Positions 15,613-29,734 of a stretch of DNA of 64,000 nt are shown one piece after another. This DNA comes from Octopus vulgaris (taxonomy: Eukaryota). A program made the translations under genes and the position numbers. The stretch spans positions 7,440,001 through 7,504,000 of the forward strand of contig OX597829.1 in the NCBI GenBank assembly GCA_951406725.2. The letters are read 5' to 3'. A model generated the notes under the pieces. It was not told the origin of the DNA. It did not search any database and saw nothing but the letters and a program-made list of their open reading frames with translations. The first letter of the stretch is position 1; each line of letters begins with the position of its first letter.

Positions 15613-16250
15613 GACTGTAGACTATGTGATAACAGTATTGTAACCGTCGACCACATTGCGGCTGGGTGTTCTAAACTCACAATAACCGAGTACAAAACCA
15701 AATATGACAGAATACTGGAACACTGGAACATCTGTCGTTATTCTGACATTCGGTTTCATAAACACTGGTATGAACACCATCGAAACTAGTCACAGAGGCT
15801 AATAAAGCTACTATTCTATAGGACTTTACCATCCATACTGTCAGACAGGTAAATTTTGATGGACCAGATATTGTTATCAGAGACCATCGATAAAATGCCT
15901 TCTGTCAAATAGATATGACAGTACCAGTTCATGGAAATATCTCGAAGAATTCGAAAACTTAGCTAAATACAAGGACCTAGAGATAGAAATCAGTCGAATG
16001 GGAAAACTAGAAACTATTTCTCTATGGGAAGTAATAGGTGAACAAGGCTTGGTTAAAAAAAGGCCTTCAATCTTCAGTTATAAGACGCCTGGAAAATCAA
16101 ATACACATGATGCCCAAAAGATTATGCTAATCTCAACAGCCCATCTCGTGAGGATATTCTTATCGTTATAACATAGTTACTGGCCTTAGATCTCAGATAG
16201 AGATTCGGCTAGAGCTAAAATGCACCTAAAACAAGTTAAAATATAGACAT
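15613..16250 (+). mobile_element. R4/Dong family E, old 3' fragment (CCHC plus RLE)
   Basis: CRLCDNSIVTVDHIAAGC, HWNIC, DFTIHT..PDIVIRDH, KYKDLEIEISRM, QKIMLISTAH. Preceded by (GAA)n. Confidence 0.85.
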
Positions 16251-16251
16251 A

Positions 16252-16375
16252 ATGCTTGAAATTTGTGGAGAGGTGGGGTAATCGATTACATCTATCACAG
16301 CGCTCAACTGGTACTTATTTCATCGACCGCAAAAAGTCAACCTCAGCGGAATTTGAACTCAGAACACAGAGACAG
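16252..16375 (-). mobile_element. CORE-like SINE, family 2 fragment
   Basis: actggtacttatttcatcgacc..aaagtcaacctc..atttgaactcagaac. Confidence 0.7.
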
Positions 16376-16712
16376 ATAAAATATGTGAAACAAGATAACA
16401 AACAAGGCAAAATAACAAATAAGAAACAAGTGAAGGATTTACATGGAGTAAAAGAATAAGATTAACAATTATAATGAAGTTATATTAATCGCTAAGTAAT
16501 AATGTATAGTAATAACAATATAACAGGTGAGGATCACCATCATAGAGCGGGTCAGTCACCCAGAATGAGAGAGGACAACGCATGCATACGCACACACGGG
16601 CAATTCCAGTTGGCTCTGATACCCCAAAAGTTACTATCTTCTTCCAGTTGTTCTTACAAGCCTATACGCGCACGCACACACACATATATATATATGTATG
16701 TGTATGTATGTA

Positions 16713-16773
<61 letters not shown>

Positions 16774-16775
<2 letters not shown>

Positions 16776-17170
16776 GCGTAGCCGTGGATGTGGTAAGAAG
16801 CTTACTCCCTAATTTCACGGTTCCGGGTTCAGTCGCACTGCATGGCACCTTGGATAAGGGTCTTCTGCTATAGCCTCGGGTCGACCAAAGACTTATGAGT
16901 GGATTTGGCAGACGGAAACTGAAAGAAGCCCGTCGTATATATATATATGTATGTATGTGTATGTGTGTATGTGTTTGTCCCCTACCTTCGCTTGACAACC
17001 GGTGTTGGTGTGTTCACGTCCCAGTAACTTAGCAGTTAGGCACAAGAGAGGGATAAAATAAGTACTAGGCTTACAAAGAATAAGTCCTGGGGTCGATTTG
17101 TTTGACTAAAGGTGGTGCTCCAGCATAGCCGCAGTCAAATTACTAAAACAAGTAAAAGAATAAAAGAATA
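16774..17170 (+). mobile_element. tRNA-derived SINE, family 3, with internal (TA/TG)n
   Basis: tgtggtaagaagct..ggttccgggttcagtc..gtggatttggcagacggaaactgaaagaagcccgtcg(ta)n..cttgacaaccgg..gctccagcat..aaacaagtaaaagaata. Related copies at 32295-32912 and 63423-63800. Confidence 0.85.
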
Positions 17171-17268
17171 TATACATATATATAAAACAAGAAAATGCAC
17201 ACAGTTTACATAGCTTTAATATATATATATATATTTAATATCTTTTGTAAATGAAAGAGTATTGTTTT

Positions 17269-17301
17269 TGTCGACCGGTTTCGCTTCTGCTAATCATGAC
17301 A
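17269..17301 (-). ncRNA. Degenerate minimal hammerhead ribozyme (Penelope-type)
   Basis: Minus strand: tgtc-ATGATTA-gc agaa gc-GAAA-ccgg-TC-gaca. Confidence 0.45.
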
Positions 17302-17512
17302 TTGAAATTATTGTAATTTCGTATTTTCTTAAGAAGATTTTAGTTCACGTTGTGTATGTGGGTTTGTGAATGAAATGAATCAACAGGTAGAAAAATCTAA
17401 GGGAAGGTGATTGGTGATTTTTATTATTCGGTACAGGGGAAGTTATTTTTATTTTTTGCATTACATCTCACCACGTGTGGATAATCGAAATTGTCATCCT
17501 CCTTTTTTCTTA

Positions 17513-17556
<44 letters not shown>

Positions 17557-20035
17557 TACTATAATACTTTTGCCAGTCTTATCCACGAAATTTTACAAAA
17601 GAATAGACCTCTACTGCTAAAATCATTCTCTTTAAGAAATACGAAAAGTTGCGAAAGTTTGTCCGGAGATGAAAATTCCTATCTTAAATTTTTCAGTCGC
17701 GTTCTCTATAACAACTTCTTACTTCATAACTACTAGATGTAGAAGAACTACCCACACCTACTACTAAAGGAAGGCTTCGAGCCATTCTTCAAACGTGAGT
17801 CAACTGACAAGTGAATCTGTATTTCATGTGGTCCCAGTTGTTCTGCATAATCCAGTAAGTCAATATTGCACGAGTATTCAAGTGGATTTCGTCATTCTGT
17901 ACATTATTACTACAAGAACACGAACATGCCAGCTCATTATATCCTGAACAGTTCAACTCAGTTGAACCAATGATTTGAAATTGGTCCATAATCCCAAAAT
18001 TGTTTGCACTTCCCTGAACTTGCACTTGCCTCTCATAAGTGTTAAACCTCTTGCTATCATCTTTGCTCAAATCTTAAACTCTAATCAGCAGAACTGAGAG
18101 CCAGAAATTGGCAATTACATTACTATTGTTAGCGTACTTTCTCAGTGGGATATAAAACCCAGGCTCATAAAACGGCTATTCTCCCAGTTTACCGAAAGTT
18201 GAAGTAAACTTCAGCCAAGAGGTTTCCGAAATTGTTTGACAAGTATTTGTAAAGAGTGTACAACCGGGTGATTTGTAGCTTCACAACCACATAGTCTTCC
18301 ATATCACAGCTGCTATCATCAGCTTTTTGCGGAACCTCGTATCTTCTTTCTCCGATTCAAGTACAAGTAGAAAGCTGACTACATCAGCATGAAATCATGT
18401 AGCACGTGTTACCTCATTTCATCAAAGATTCAATTGTGACTTTCTGTTTGCGTTATACCTCCACCACATAGGTACATCGAACAACCTTTGTTCCTTTATT
18501 CTGCCAGTATAATGCCTTTACCAACAGCATCCTCTAACCTGCTCATTTTTCTGTCATTCGCTAGTTCTTTGCTAAGCTCTTGATTTTGTACAAATCGCCG
18601 CCTTTCAAATGTACCATCACAGTTCTCACTGTCCAACAGGGAAGTTGATGGAATTTGCGTTTGAGTGTTTGGATTGGCTCATTTTTCTTTTCTTCTTTTT
18701 TTATTTTGCTATGCTTATGGGTTTACCTGTTGTTGTTATATCTGAGGGTTTGTCTATTTTTATCAAGTTTCTGATTCTGTAGTTTATTTTTAAATATTGT
18801 TTTGGTGGCTGAAGGGATGGCTAGCTTGCGGGCTTTTTGGTGTCGACATTTTATAGATGTGCTATGATGTTTTGTTATGATCCTCTTGGTCCTCCAATAA
18901 CAGTTTGCTATGCTTCAATCTGCTTCTCTTTCTCCTTGTCGTCCGATGTGAAAAATAGAGGGGAGGGTGAAGGCTGGTTGATGCATGCGTGAGCACTTGC
19001 GCCATTTGTTTTAGTGTTGGTGTTCGTTTTTGTTGGTATTGTTACTGGTGAAGGTGATACCCTGCTTTTCGACAAATAATACCAGGAAATACTTCTCCCT
19101 AAAACTAACGAAGTGAGTAGTGATAATGTCATTTTCTTTGCTGTTATTGCTAATGTTTTCGTTGTTGTTTTGTTGTTGCGGTGGTGGGGTTGAGGTTGCT
19201 GTTACTGCGACCACAACGATTTCTCTATCAAAATATCCTGTAAACAGTCTTTGATCTACAAATTTCTTCAAATATCACAACTTACGTTAGTGTTTGCACA
19301 TCAACAGTTAGGAAATTCCTAATCTACCACGCAGAGAGTACTAACAGTAGACGAACCACCTGATGTGATCAGTGGAACGTATCCCTTCCACGGGCTGGAC
19401 TACAGACACTCTAGCCTGAGCAGAATGTAATTGGAGTATGGCACGACGACGGTCAAGCAGTAAACTATAGCAGATGTGTTTGCTACGTCCACCTGACCTT
19501 TTCGAGACTATCTCTGAGAACAGCCATATCTGTCGGAGAAAACAAAATGGAAATTTTGAAAACATATTTTACCAAAATGTCTTCCTCACTCCCACAAAAT
19601 AGTATTATTCTGTTTATCAATGACTGTGGCAGCTTTTCTTTGGAGGCAGGAAGAAAGCCGGCGTCATTTTGGAAATTCACAGCGTGGCAGCATTGAGAAG
19701 AAACATTTTCTTTTTCACATAAAACTGTTATCTCTCAGCAATTTTGTCGACAGGTGCGTGAATGTGGCAAGAATGGTATGAGTGAACAGGCTCGTTCGAA
19801 ACATACACCTATAGACAACAAAGAGAGGGCACTTACCATAGTGGTTGGAACCTCCGTGGTTCCGAAGGTTTTTCACGAGCAGCCACGGTAAGTAACCGTT
19901 TTGGCGGGATTTCTCAGTGCTAAAGTTTGTTTTATCGTTTTCACACGTTCTTATGTTTCTTTTATTGCTTCTTTTGGTGAACTTTAGTGGTTAATAAAGA
20001 AAACAGAAAACAGTTTATTATTATTATTATTATTA

Positions 20036-20097
<62 letters not shown>

Positions 20098-20170
20098 GTT
20101 ATTGTTGTTGTTGTTGTTGCTGTTGCTGTTGCTGTTGTTGTTGTTGTTGTTGTTATTATTATTATTATTA

Positions 20171-20213
<43 letters not shown>

Positions 20214-20215
20214 CC

Positions 20216-20273
<58 letters not shown>

Positions 20274-20275
<2 letters not shown>

Positions 20276-20565
20276 GTTTGACTTTTGCTTTACATTTGCA
20301 CAAGTTTTCTCCAAGTCTCACCCAGAGACCTCAAGAGACAACAAGTTAGAAGTTCAAGTTGGTGTTACGCCTAGGGTGCCATTTATTTGGTTTTGTACAT
20401 AGTATTGTTCTAGAGAATATCTAAGAAAACAAGAAAATTATGAGTTTGTTTTAAAATTTGAGATTACATAGTCAGTATTTTACGTAGGATATGGGCAGTT
20501 CCAATGAGTACTATATTCTTGATTTCTGCCTTTCTTGGATTTCCTGGTATCTGGGCTAGGTAGCA

Positions 20566-20566
<1 letters not shown>
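20274..20566 (-). mobile_element. R4/Dong family B, 3' end fragment
   Basis: Reverse complement matches the 3' end of 37152-39118 (IPGNP..KNIVLIGTAHILRKIL; UTR ending aaaagtcaaaca). (TTA)n on both sides. Confidence 0.9.
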
Positions 20567-20627
<61 letters not shown>

Positions 20628-20668
20628 CATTATTATTATTATTATCATCATCATCATCATTATTATTA

Positions 20669-20727
<59 letters not shown>

Positions 20728-21326
20728 TGTTTGACTTTTGCCTTACATGCACAAGCTGGCTCCAAGACTCACCCAGAGACCTCACCAGACAACAAGTTGG
20801 AAGTTCATGTTGGTGTTATGCCTAGGGTGCCATATATTTGGTTTTGTACTTTTTGTTGTACTAGTGAATGCCTAAAAAAACTATACGAAAATTGTTTGTT
20901 TTAAAACTTGAGATTACATAGAAAGTATTTTGCGTAGGATATGAGCAGTTCCCCTGAGTACTATCTTTTGAATTTCTGCCAGTTTGGGGGTTCCTGGTAT
21001 CTGAGTTAGGTAGCAATCAGCCCCTTTTGCTATCATTCCCAAGGCACCTATAACAACAGGTATTGTTTTAGTCTTCATGTTCCACATTTTGCTGACTTCA
21101 ATTTCTAGATCTTTATATTTGCTCAGTTTTTGGGAGGTCTTGACAGATACCTTTATATCGATTAGGACAGTCATATCAATGAGGAGGCATGTTTTTTATC
21201 TGAAGTCTTTTACTATGATGTCTGGCCTATTTCCATCTATCTTTCTGTCAGTTTGAATGGTGAAGTTCCAGATGAGTGAGATGTGGTCATTTTCAAGCAC
21301 TGGAGGTGATTTGTGTTCCCACCAGT
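20728..21326 (-). mobile_element. R4/Dong family B, 3' fragment (RLE domain)
   Basis: WWEHKSPPVLENDHISLIWNFTIQTDRKIDGNRPDII; KYKDLEIEVSKMW; VVIGALG. Confidence 0.92.
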
Positions 21327-21327
21327 A

Positions 21328-21391
<64 letters not shown>

Positions 21392-21431
21392 ATTATTATT
21401 ATTATTAATATTAATATTATTATTGTTATTG

Positions 21432-21510
<79 letters not shown>

Positions 21511-21517
21511 GATGATG

Positions 21518-21560
<43 letters not shown>

Positions 21561-21562
21561 CC

Positions 21563-21597
<35 letters not shown>

Positions 21598-21603
21598 AAT
21601 AAT

Positions 21604-21652
<49 letters not shown>

Positions 21653-21654
21653 GA

Positions 21655-21850
21655 GTGGCGAGGTGGCAGAATTGTTAACAGGCCGGGCCAAATATTTAGT
21701 AGCATTTCATCTGTCTTAGTTCTTAGCTCAAATTCTCTTTCATCCTTTCGGGAACGATTAAATAAGTACCAGTGGATCACTGGGGTCGATATAGTCGACA
21801 ATCCTCCTCCCTCAAATTTCAGGCCTTGTTCCTATACTAAAAAAGATTAT
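21655..21850 (+). mobile_element. CORE-like SINE, family 2
   Basis: gtggcgaggtggcagaattgtt..tttcatcctttcggg..taaataagtaccagt..caaatttcaggccttgt. Confidence 0.8.
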
Positions 21851-21881
21851 TATTGTTGTTGTTGTTGTTCTTGTTGTTATT

Positions 21882-22407
21882 GAATGAGAGAGCAGTGCAT
21901 GCCATCAAAGTGACACAAGGGTAAAATATACGAAGCCCGGTACACCCATCATAACTACCCATCTGTTAAAGTACACCATGCACATGCATCAAATCAAATG
22001 TGCGCGACATGGTGATCTCATATCAAGATAAACAGCACATGACCTTGCACGTGGGGCCCAGTTAGAATTTTATTCTGGTCGAGTAGCCTATCCTATTCAA
22101 AAGGTCCCTGAATAAGGATTGTTTAAGGTTGTTGAACGAACTACCTATGTTTCCAGAGGGGAATTATCCAAACCTCCAAGAATTCCTTTCAACACAGGGC
22201 TATGAATCTCCCCCACTATTTCTACTCGTGATCAGAGATGCACATACCGTCAGACACTAAGGGACATGCTCAACTGGTTAAGGTCACACAACTGACAAGC
22301 AAATCTGTGGTATTGAACATAATATTTGCTTTAGCCCATCTTTTACACCAAGAAAAAACTATGTACATGATAACACTTCCAATCAGTTAAGATCAGAAGC
22401 CATTAGA

Positions 22408-22408
<1 letters not shown>
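21882..22408 (-). mobile_element. ~554-bp non-coding TAA-associated element, copy 1 (lacks ~25 nt of the 5' end)
   Basis: Reverse complement is colinear with 40621-41174. Confidence 0.85.
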
Positions 22409-22481
<73 letters not shown>

Positions 22482-22570
22482 CATCATCATCATCATCATC
22501 ATTATTATTATCATTATTATTATTATCATTATTATTATTATTATTATTATTATCATTATTATTATTATTA

Positions 22571-22647
<77 letters not shown>

Positions 22648-23638
22648 ATTCAGTAGTTTTATTTTATAGCGTGCTTTCTGAGCGCAGCTCTGTATGCCTT
22701 GGTTATGTGCTGTAGTTTGTTGTGATGCTCATATGGTTACTGTATTGAAAGAGTTTTGCGCTGGATGTGTGCAGTAGCCAGTAGTGCAATTTTCTCTATG
22801 TTATTTCTCTATTTGTAAGTCCTGGTGTTTTTGTCATGTATTTGTCTGAATATGTTTTTATCATACCTAATGCGCCTACTATAATAGGAATTGTTTCTGT
22901 TTTTAGATTCCACATTGGAGTTTCCTCTGTTTCCAGGTCTTTGTATTTTGAAAGTTTCTCCATTTCTTTCAGAGAAACGTTGTCATCTGCTGGTATTAAT
23001 ACATCAATTAGAAAATATGATCTCTGACAACTATATCTGGTCTGTTGGCCTTAATTTCTCTATCTGTGTGTATCGGCATATCCCAGAGTATGGTTGCTTT
23101 CTCGTTTTCTGTGACCTTTTCTGGTGTGTGCCTATACCATCTTTTTTCTGTTGTTATTCCATAATGTTGGCATAGCTTCCAGTGTATGTAGGTCCCAACT
23201 CTGTCATGTCTGTTAATATATTCCTTCTTAGCCAGGACTGGGGAGCTAGAGATGATATGATTTATTGTTTCTTGTCCATCTCCTCATATTCTGCAGTTAC
23301 TTGTCATGTTTCTTTTATATGTTTTTGGTAATTTCTGATGGGGAGGCTTTGGTCTTGTGCTGCAATTAAAAATCCTTCTGTCTTTGCTTTGAGTCCTGAG
23401 CTTCTCAACCATTGCTGGGATTTTTCTTTGTGTATTTCTTTTGCATTTAGTTAAGTCCAGTATTTACCATGAAGGGGCTTTTCTTCCCAATGTTTTATCA
23501 TGGTCCGTTGCTGCTCCAGTTTTAGTTTGGTTTTCAATTTTTTTATAGATTTTGTTGTTTCTTCTTCTTCTTCTTCTTCTTCTTCTTCTTCTTCTTCTTC
23601 TTCTTCTTCTTCTTCTTCTTCTTCTTCTTCTTCTTCTT

Positions 23639-23669
<31 letters not shown>

Positions 23670-24451
23670 GGTAGTAGAACAAGTTTTTATTTTGCTCGTG
23701 TTTTGCGGCTATTTATATCAGTTTTCCTTCCTTCTGAAGTAGATATTTTTGCAGTCCTATGGTTGGTTATTTTATAATAGTTTTCCAGCTGTATAAGGCC
23801 TCTACCACCTTCTATACGTTGTATATATAGTCTTTCTATGTCAGATTTTGGGTAGTGCATCCTAGATCCTGTCATTAATTTTCTTGTTTTCCTGTCTATT
23901 TTTGTTTGTTCATTTAGTGTCCAGTTAAGGATATTGTAGCTGTAACTTAAAACTGGGACGGCTAAAGTGTTGATACCTATTATCTTGTTTTTAGCATTGA
24001 GCTCTGCTTTTAGTATTGATCTAACTCGTCTATAATATTCTTTCTTTATTTTCTCTTTCATTTGTGTGCGTTGTATCATATCTAAATCATTGATTCCTAA
24101 TTATTTGTATGTTTCGCTTTGGTCTAATTCTCTTATTTCATTGGCTTTATCTAGTGTGATGTTACTCCTCTTAACTAGTTTTCCTCTTTTCAGGGTACCT
24201 TTGGCGCATTTTTCTAATCCAAATTTCATATCTATATCTTTGGTAAATCCATGAATAGTCTTTAGTAGTGTTTCCAGCTGTTTGTCATTTGCAGCGTATA
24301 GTTTTAGGTCATCCATATATAAAAGGTGGCTGATCGTTTTGCTGTAACATTTATATCCACATCCAGTTCTATTTAGCATATTAGATAGAGGTGTCAGTGC
24401 CAAACATAAAAGGATTGGAGAGAGCGTGTCTCCCTGGAATATTCCTCTTCT
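22648..24451 (-). mobile_element. R4/Dong family A, 5'-truncated, retains native 3' end; internal (GAA)n
   Basis: RGIFQGDTLSP, HLLYMDDLKLYAANDKQLETLLK, EGGRGLIQLE, GFLIAAQDQ, DREIKANRPDIVV. Closely similar to 43820-44950. (TTA)n on both sides. Confidence 0.93.
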
Positions 24452-24452
24452 A

Positions 24453-24486
<34 letters not shown>

Positions 24487-24505
24487 GTTATTATTATTAT
24501 TATTT

Positions 24506-24570
<65 letters not shown>

Positions 24571-24587
24571 TATAGTAGTAGTAGGAG

Positions 24588-24628
<41 letters not shown>

Positions 24629-24629
24629 A

Positions 24630-24845
24630 GACGGTGAGCTAGCAAAATCATTAACACGCCCGGCAATATGCTCAGCGTTACTTTGCCCGTCTTCACGTTC
24701 TGAGTTCAAATGTTGCCGAGGTCGACTTTACCGCTTATCCTTTCGGGGTCATTCATTTAAGTAACAGTTGAACCCTGGGGTCGCGTATACTACTAAGACC
24801 CCCTCCACTACAATTTCAGGCCTTGTGCCTATAGTAGAAAGAAGC
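24630..24845 (+). mobile_element. CORE-like SINE, family 2
   Basis: cggtgagctagcaaaatc..gttctgagttcaaat..gaggtcgacttt..atcctttcggggtc..aatttcaggccttgtgcctatagtagaaag. Confidence 0.8.
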
Positions 24846-25098
24846 ATCATGATTGACGTAGCCATTTTAATTATCCTTACCCACATTCTCTCGAGGTTTG
24901 CACCTTATACCATACTCATCAGTCGACCAGTTTTTTGGCGACTGAAGTTGAGAGATAAAAGCTATGGAAATCTCCGCGATAATTTTGTTACCAAACCGCT
25001 TGGTTACAACTAAGGGAAAGACGACTTCAATCCAAGAGACTGAAGAAATATCGCTATTTTATTTAGCGTGCTTATAATTCGCCCACCTCACCTCTGTT

Positions 25099-25133
<35 letters not shown>

Positions 25134-25146
25134 AATAATGATAATA

Positions 25147-25200
<54 letters not shown>

Positions 25201-25209
25201 GTAGTAGTA

Positions 25210-25246
<37 letters not shown>

Positions 25247-25260
25247 TAATAATAATAATG

Positions 25261-25304
<44 letters not shown>

Positions 25305-25324
25305 TAACAATAATAATAATAATG

Positions 25325-25408
<84 letters not shown>

Positions 25409-25470
25409 ATGATGATAATACTAATAATAATAATAATAATAATAATGATGATGATGATGATGATGATGAC

Positions 25471-25506
<36 letters not shown>

Positions 25507-25524
25507 TGATGGATGATGATGATG

Positions 25525-25612
<88 letters not shown>

Positions 25613-25761
25613 TGATGATGATGATGATGATGATGATTATGATGATAATACTAATAATAATAATAATAATAATAATGATGATGATGATGGTGATGGTGAC
25701 GATGGTGACGATGATGGTGGTGGTGGTGGTGGTGGTGGTGATGATGATGATGATGATGATG

Positions 25762-25807
<46 letters not shown>

Positions 25808-25808
25808 T
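25099..25808 (+). repeat. Compound (TAA)/(TGA)/(TGG) microsatellite with an internal duplicated block
   Basis: The block gattatgatgataatactaataat occurs at ~25405 and ~25635. Confidence 0.9.
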
Positions 25809-26267
25809 AAAATGAAACAATAGATCATGTCTCCATGTGCAGTCTTCTTGCGCTTACAAAGTATTTCAAAAGGCATGATAGAGCAACACAATATATTCAC
25901 TGGTATAAAAACTGGTGCGAATACAAATTACTTCCAGTGCTTGAAAATGATGACATCTCATTCCTCTGGAACCTCACCATTCAAACTGACAGAAAAATAG
26001 ATGTGAAAAGGCCAGCCATTATACTGAGAGACTCCAGACAAAAACCATGCCCCCTTATTCAGATGACTGCCTCAATCGATATAAACATATCTGTCAAGAC
26101 CTACCAAAACTGAGCCAGTATAAACATTCTCTAGAGCAACACTATGTACAAAACCAAATATATGGCACCCTAGGCATAACAGCAACATGAACTTCTAACT
26201 TGTCTCTTGAGGCCTCTAGATGAGACTTGGAGTAAACTTGTACAAATACAAAACAAATGTCAAACAT
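25809..26267 (+). mobile_element. R4/Dong family B, decayed 3' fragment
   Basis: NETIDH, RHDRATQYIHW, LWNLTIQTDRKIDVKRPAII; family B 3' UTR ending gtcaaaca(taa)n. Confidence 0.88.
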
Positions 26268-26316
26268 AATAATAATAATGAGGATGATGATGATGATAAT
26301 GATAATAATAATAATG

Positions 26317-26383
<67 letters not shown>

Positions 26384-26388
26384 TAATA

Positions 26389-26442
<54 letters not shown>

Positions 26443-26446
26443 TTGA

Positions 26447-26480
<34 letters not shown>

Positions 26481-26663
26481 GGTGGTGGTGGTGGTGGTGG
26501 TGATGATGATGATAATAATATATAACAGTCTGCAATGTGAACCAAAATATATATATATATATATTGTTAGTAAATATGACGAGTGTGTTAGAAACGAATA
26601 CATTACTAGAATTAAGAGCTACAATTCTCTAATGCTGTAGTCAAAAACATAATTGTATACATA

Positions 26664-27364
26664 CAGGGGTTGGACAAAATAATGGAAACACCTAGCATCA
26701 TAGTGGAATAAAAACCTACAGAATTGGTCTCTAGAGCAGAGGAAGAATGTTATTTTCTCGGACGAGTCATCCTTTACCTTATTTCCGACCACCGGCCGAG
26801 TATACGTGTGGAAACAACCAAGAGAAGCATTTGACCCAGACTGCCTTCTTCTAAGGTTAAACATGAAGGAGTATCTGTGATGATCTGGGGTAGGCTATAT
26901 CTTGGAAATCCACCGGCCCAATGGTTTCCCTTCATGGCTGAATTAATAGGCAAGACTATTTAAGCATTTTATCTGATCAAATTCATCCTATGATTGCGAA
27001 ACTGTTCCGGAGGGAAACACAATCTTTCAGGATGATAATGCACCAATTCACACAGCTAAAATTGTTACTGAATGGCACGAGCAACATTCTAGTGAAGTTG
27101 AACGGCTTATCTGGCTACCACAGTCCCCACATCTCAATATTATTGAATATTTATGGTGCATTTCAGAAAAACAAGTAAGGAGTCGATATCCTCCACCATC
27201 ATCACCACAAGAACTGGAGACTCTTTTAACTGAGAATGGACAAAAATTTATTTGAAAACAATTCAAACTTTGTACGAGTGCATGCCTCGTAGGCGGTCCT
27301 ACACCATATTAAAATAAATTTGTTTAAAATTTGAAGGCGTTTCCATTATTTTGTCCAACTACTG
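26664..27364 (+). mobile_element. Internally deleted Tc1-like (DD34E) transposon with TIRs and TA target duplication
   Basis: TA|caggggttggacaaaataatggaaacacct ... aggcgtttccattattttgtccaactactg|TA. Motifs VIFSDES, VMIWG, FQDDNAPIH, PQSPHLNIIEYLW. Confidence 0.93.
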
Positions 27365-27435
27365 TATATATTAGTAGCGACCATAACTGTCCGAAAACAC
27401 TGATCGAGAATTACTTACACTGACATCATTTCGGC

Positions 27436-27535
<100 letters not shown>

Positions 27536-28108
27536 TTTTGGGGACTTCTTTAAACACACAACAACGCTAGCATGTAAACGATAGTTTCAAAAACACTTCT
27601 TGATAGAAAGGCATGAAGACGTTCTACCATTGTACCAAAAGCAATTCTTCAAATTTCCTTTTAGAAACTTTATTCTCCCCGGCGAGTATTGTATGTTATT
27701 GGCACCATAAGAATTTTATAAAGTTTTGAGAGAACGTGAAATAATTCATTTTTAGAGCTGTTGAAGCACACACAATAACTAGAAAGGATAGCTTTGCTGG
27801 GCAACTACTCTAATATTTTAATCTAATGAAATAAATTATACTCTGCTTTGAGATTTTTTGCTCAATTTGTAAACGTAAAGTACCTACCTATATATATAAA
27901 CTTAGATAAACTTAGATATGTTTCGACCAAAGATTGGTCCAAGCCATGTCTAACTTAATAGCACCACCTGATATATATATATATATATATAAAAGGAGCA
28001 AAAATCAGCATACACCACCTGGCAAAATTATGTATGTATGTATGTATATACACACACACACACACACGTTTATATATATATATATATATATATGCAATTA
28101 TATGTCGC

Positions 28109-28179
<71 letters not shown>

Positions 28180-28279
28180 TGTGTGTGTGTCTGTGTGTGT
28201 GCGAAATACAGAGGCAGAGACGGTCAGACAGATATACAGACAGACACACAAACACACATATTATATATTCTTTTGTACT

Positions 28280-28460
28280 GTAGGCAGAAGGCTTCAAATT
28301 TTTAGGGCGGAGACCGGTCGATTACATTGACCACAGCGTTTCACTAGTACTTGATTTATCGACCCCGAAAGAATGAAAGGCAAAGTCGACCTCGCCGGAA
28401 TTTGAACTCAGAAATATCGCTAAGCATTTCGCTCGGCGTGCAAACGTCTCTGCCAGCAGT
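28280..28460 (-). mobile_element. CORE-like SINE, family 2
   Basis: tttatcgaccccgaaagaatgaaaggcaaagtcgacctc..atttgaactcaga. Confidence 0.85.
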
Positions 28461-28713
28461 GTATGAGTGTGTGTATATGTGTAGATGCGACTACTATGTG
28501 CACGCGTGTGTCTGTGAGTTCATTGTCATTTTGTCAGGGAAGGAGAATCTGACCACAGGTAGGGAATAATTCAGTTTCAGGTGGACGGCTTCTAATCCGA
28601 AACTTATTCGTTACCCTAAACTTTTAAACGCGATTCACCATGAATTGTAATTCATTTTTGTTGTTATTGTTCTCCTTCTTGAGGACGGTGATGATGAAGA
28701 TGATGATGATGAA

Positions 28714-28759
<46 letters not shown>

Positions 28760-28793
28760 TCGATGATGATTTTATATCTACACACACACACAA

Positions 28794-28824
<31 letters not shown>

Positions 28825-29317
28825 AACAGACACACACAGGCACACACACACACACACAAACAAACACACACACACACAAACACACAAACAGACACACACA
28901 GGCACACAAGATACCCTCGGCAACATTTTCTGGCTTTTGTGGAAGGAGTCTTGTTGCATAAGAGAAAAGAGAATTGCAGAATGGTAAATTTATAAAAAGA
29001 AATATACGACCAGAACAACAGAACGTATCAAAACTCCAAAGAAAAGAAATATATTCTCCAAAGTATTAAAAAAGAAAAAAACACAGAGAAACTGAAACAA
29101 AAACACAAGAAATGGACCTAGAATTATTTCTTGTCAGTGTATTCTGTATAATCCCTTTATCCACGAGAAAATGCACATAAAAAATATATTTAAAAAAATA
29201 ATGATACATTTATGGTATTCTTCTATATTGCAACAATAAAAATAAAAAATATATTTGGAAACATAACAATACAAAGAAGGAGATAATTTTTTTGCGTGAA
29301 ATAAAAAAATATGTATG

Positions 29318-29357
<40 letters not shown>

Positions 29358-29374
29358 CAGAAAGAATGCATAAG

Positions 29375-29413
<39 letters not shown>

Positions 29414-29514
29414 ATACATATATATATAAATTTACACATATATATGTATATGTATAATATATGTATTTTTGCATATATGCGTGTGTGTGTGTGTGAGTGT
29501 ATGTGTGAGTGTAT

Positions 29515-29554
<40 letters not shown>

Positions 29555-29734
29555 CACAGAAAACGTAAATAAAAATTATAGCTGGAGATTGGAAATAATT
29601 ATTTTTTTATAAATAACCGACATTGACAGCGGCGGTGGGAGTGGTATGAGGCGAAAGAAAGAACGGAAGCGTTTCTAAACTGCAAGAAGTAACCTAAAGG
29701 AGGAGGAGGAATCGAAGACGACGACGATAATGAT

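Noticed and set aside
18700-19900. Complex sequence that might be a host exon or a LINE ORF1
   Set aside because: No sustained ORF or motif I could identify; left unannotated.
27590-27642. Minus-strand tRNA-like A-box tggtacaatggtagaac
   Set aside because: No B-box or acceptor stem.
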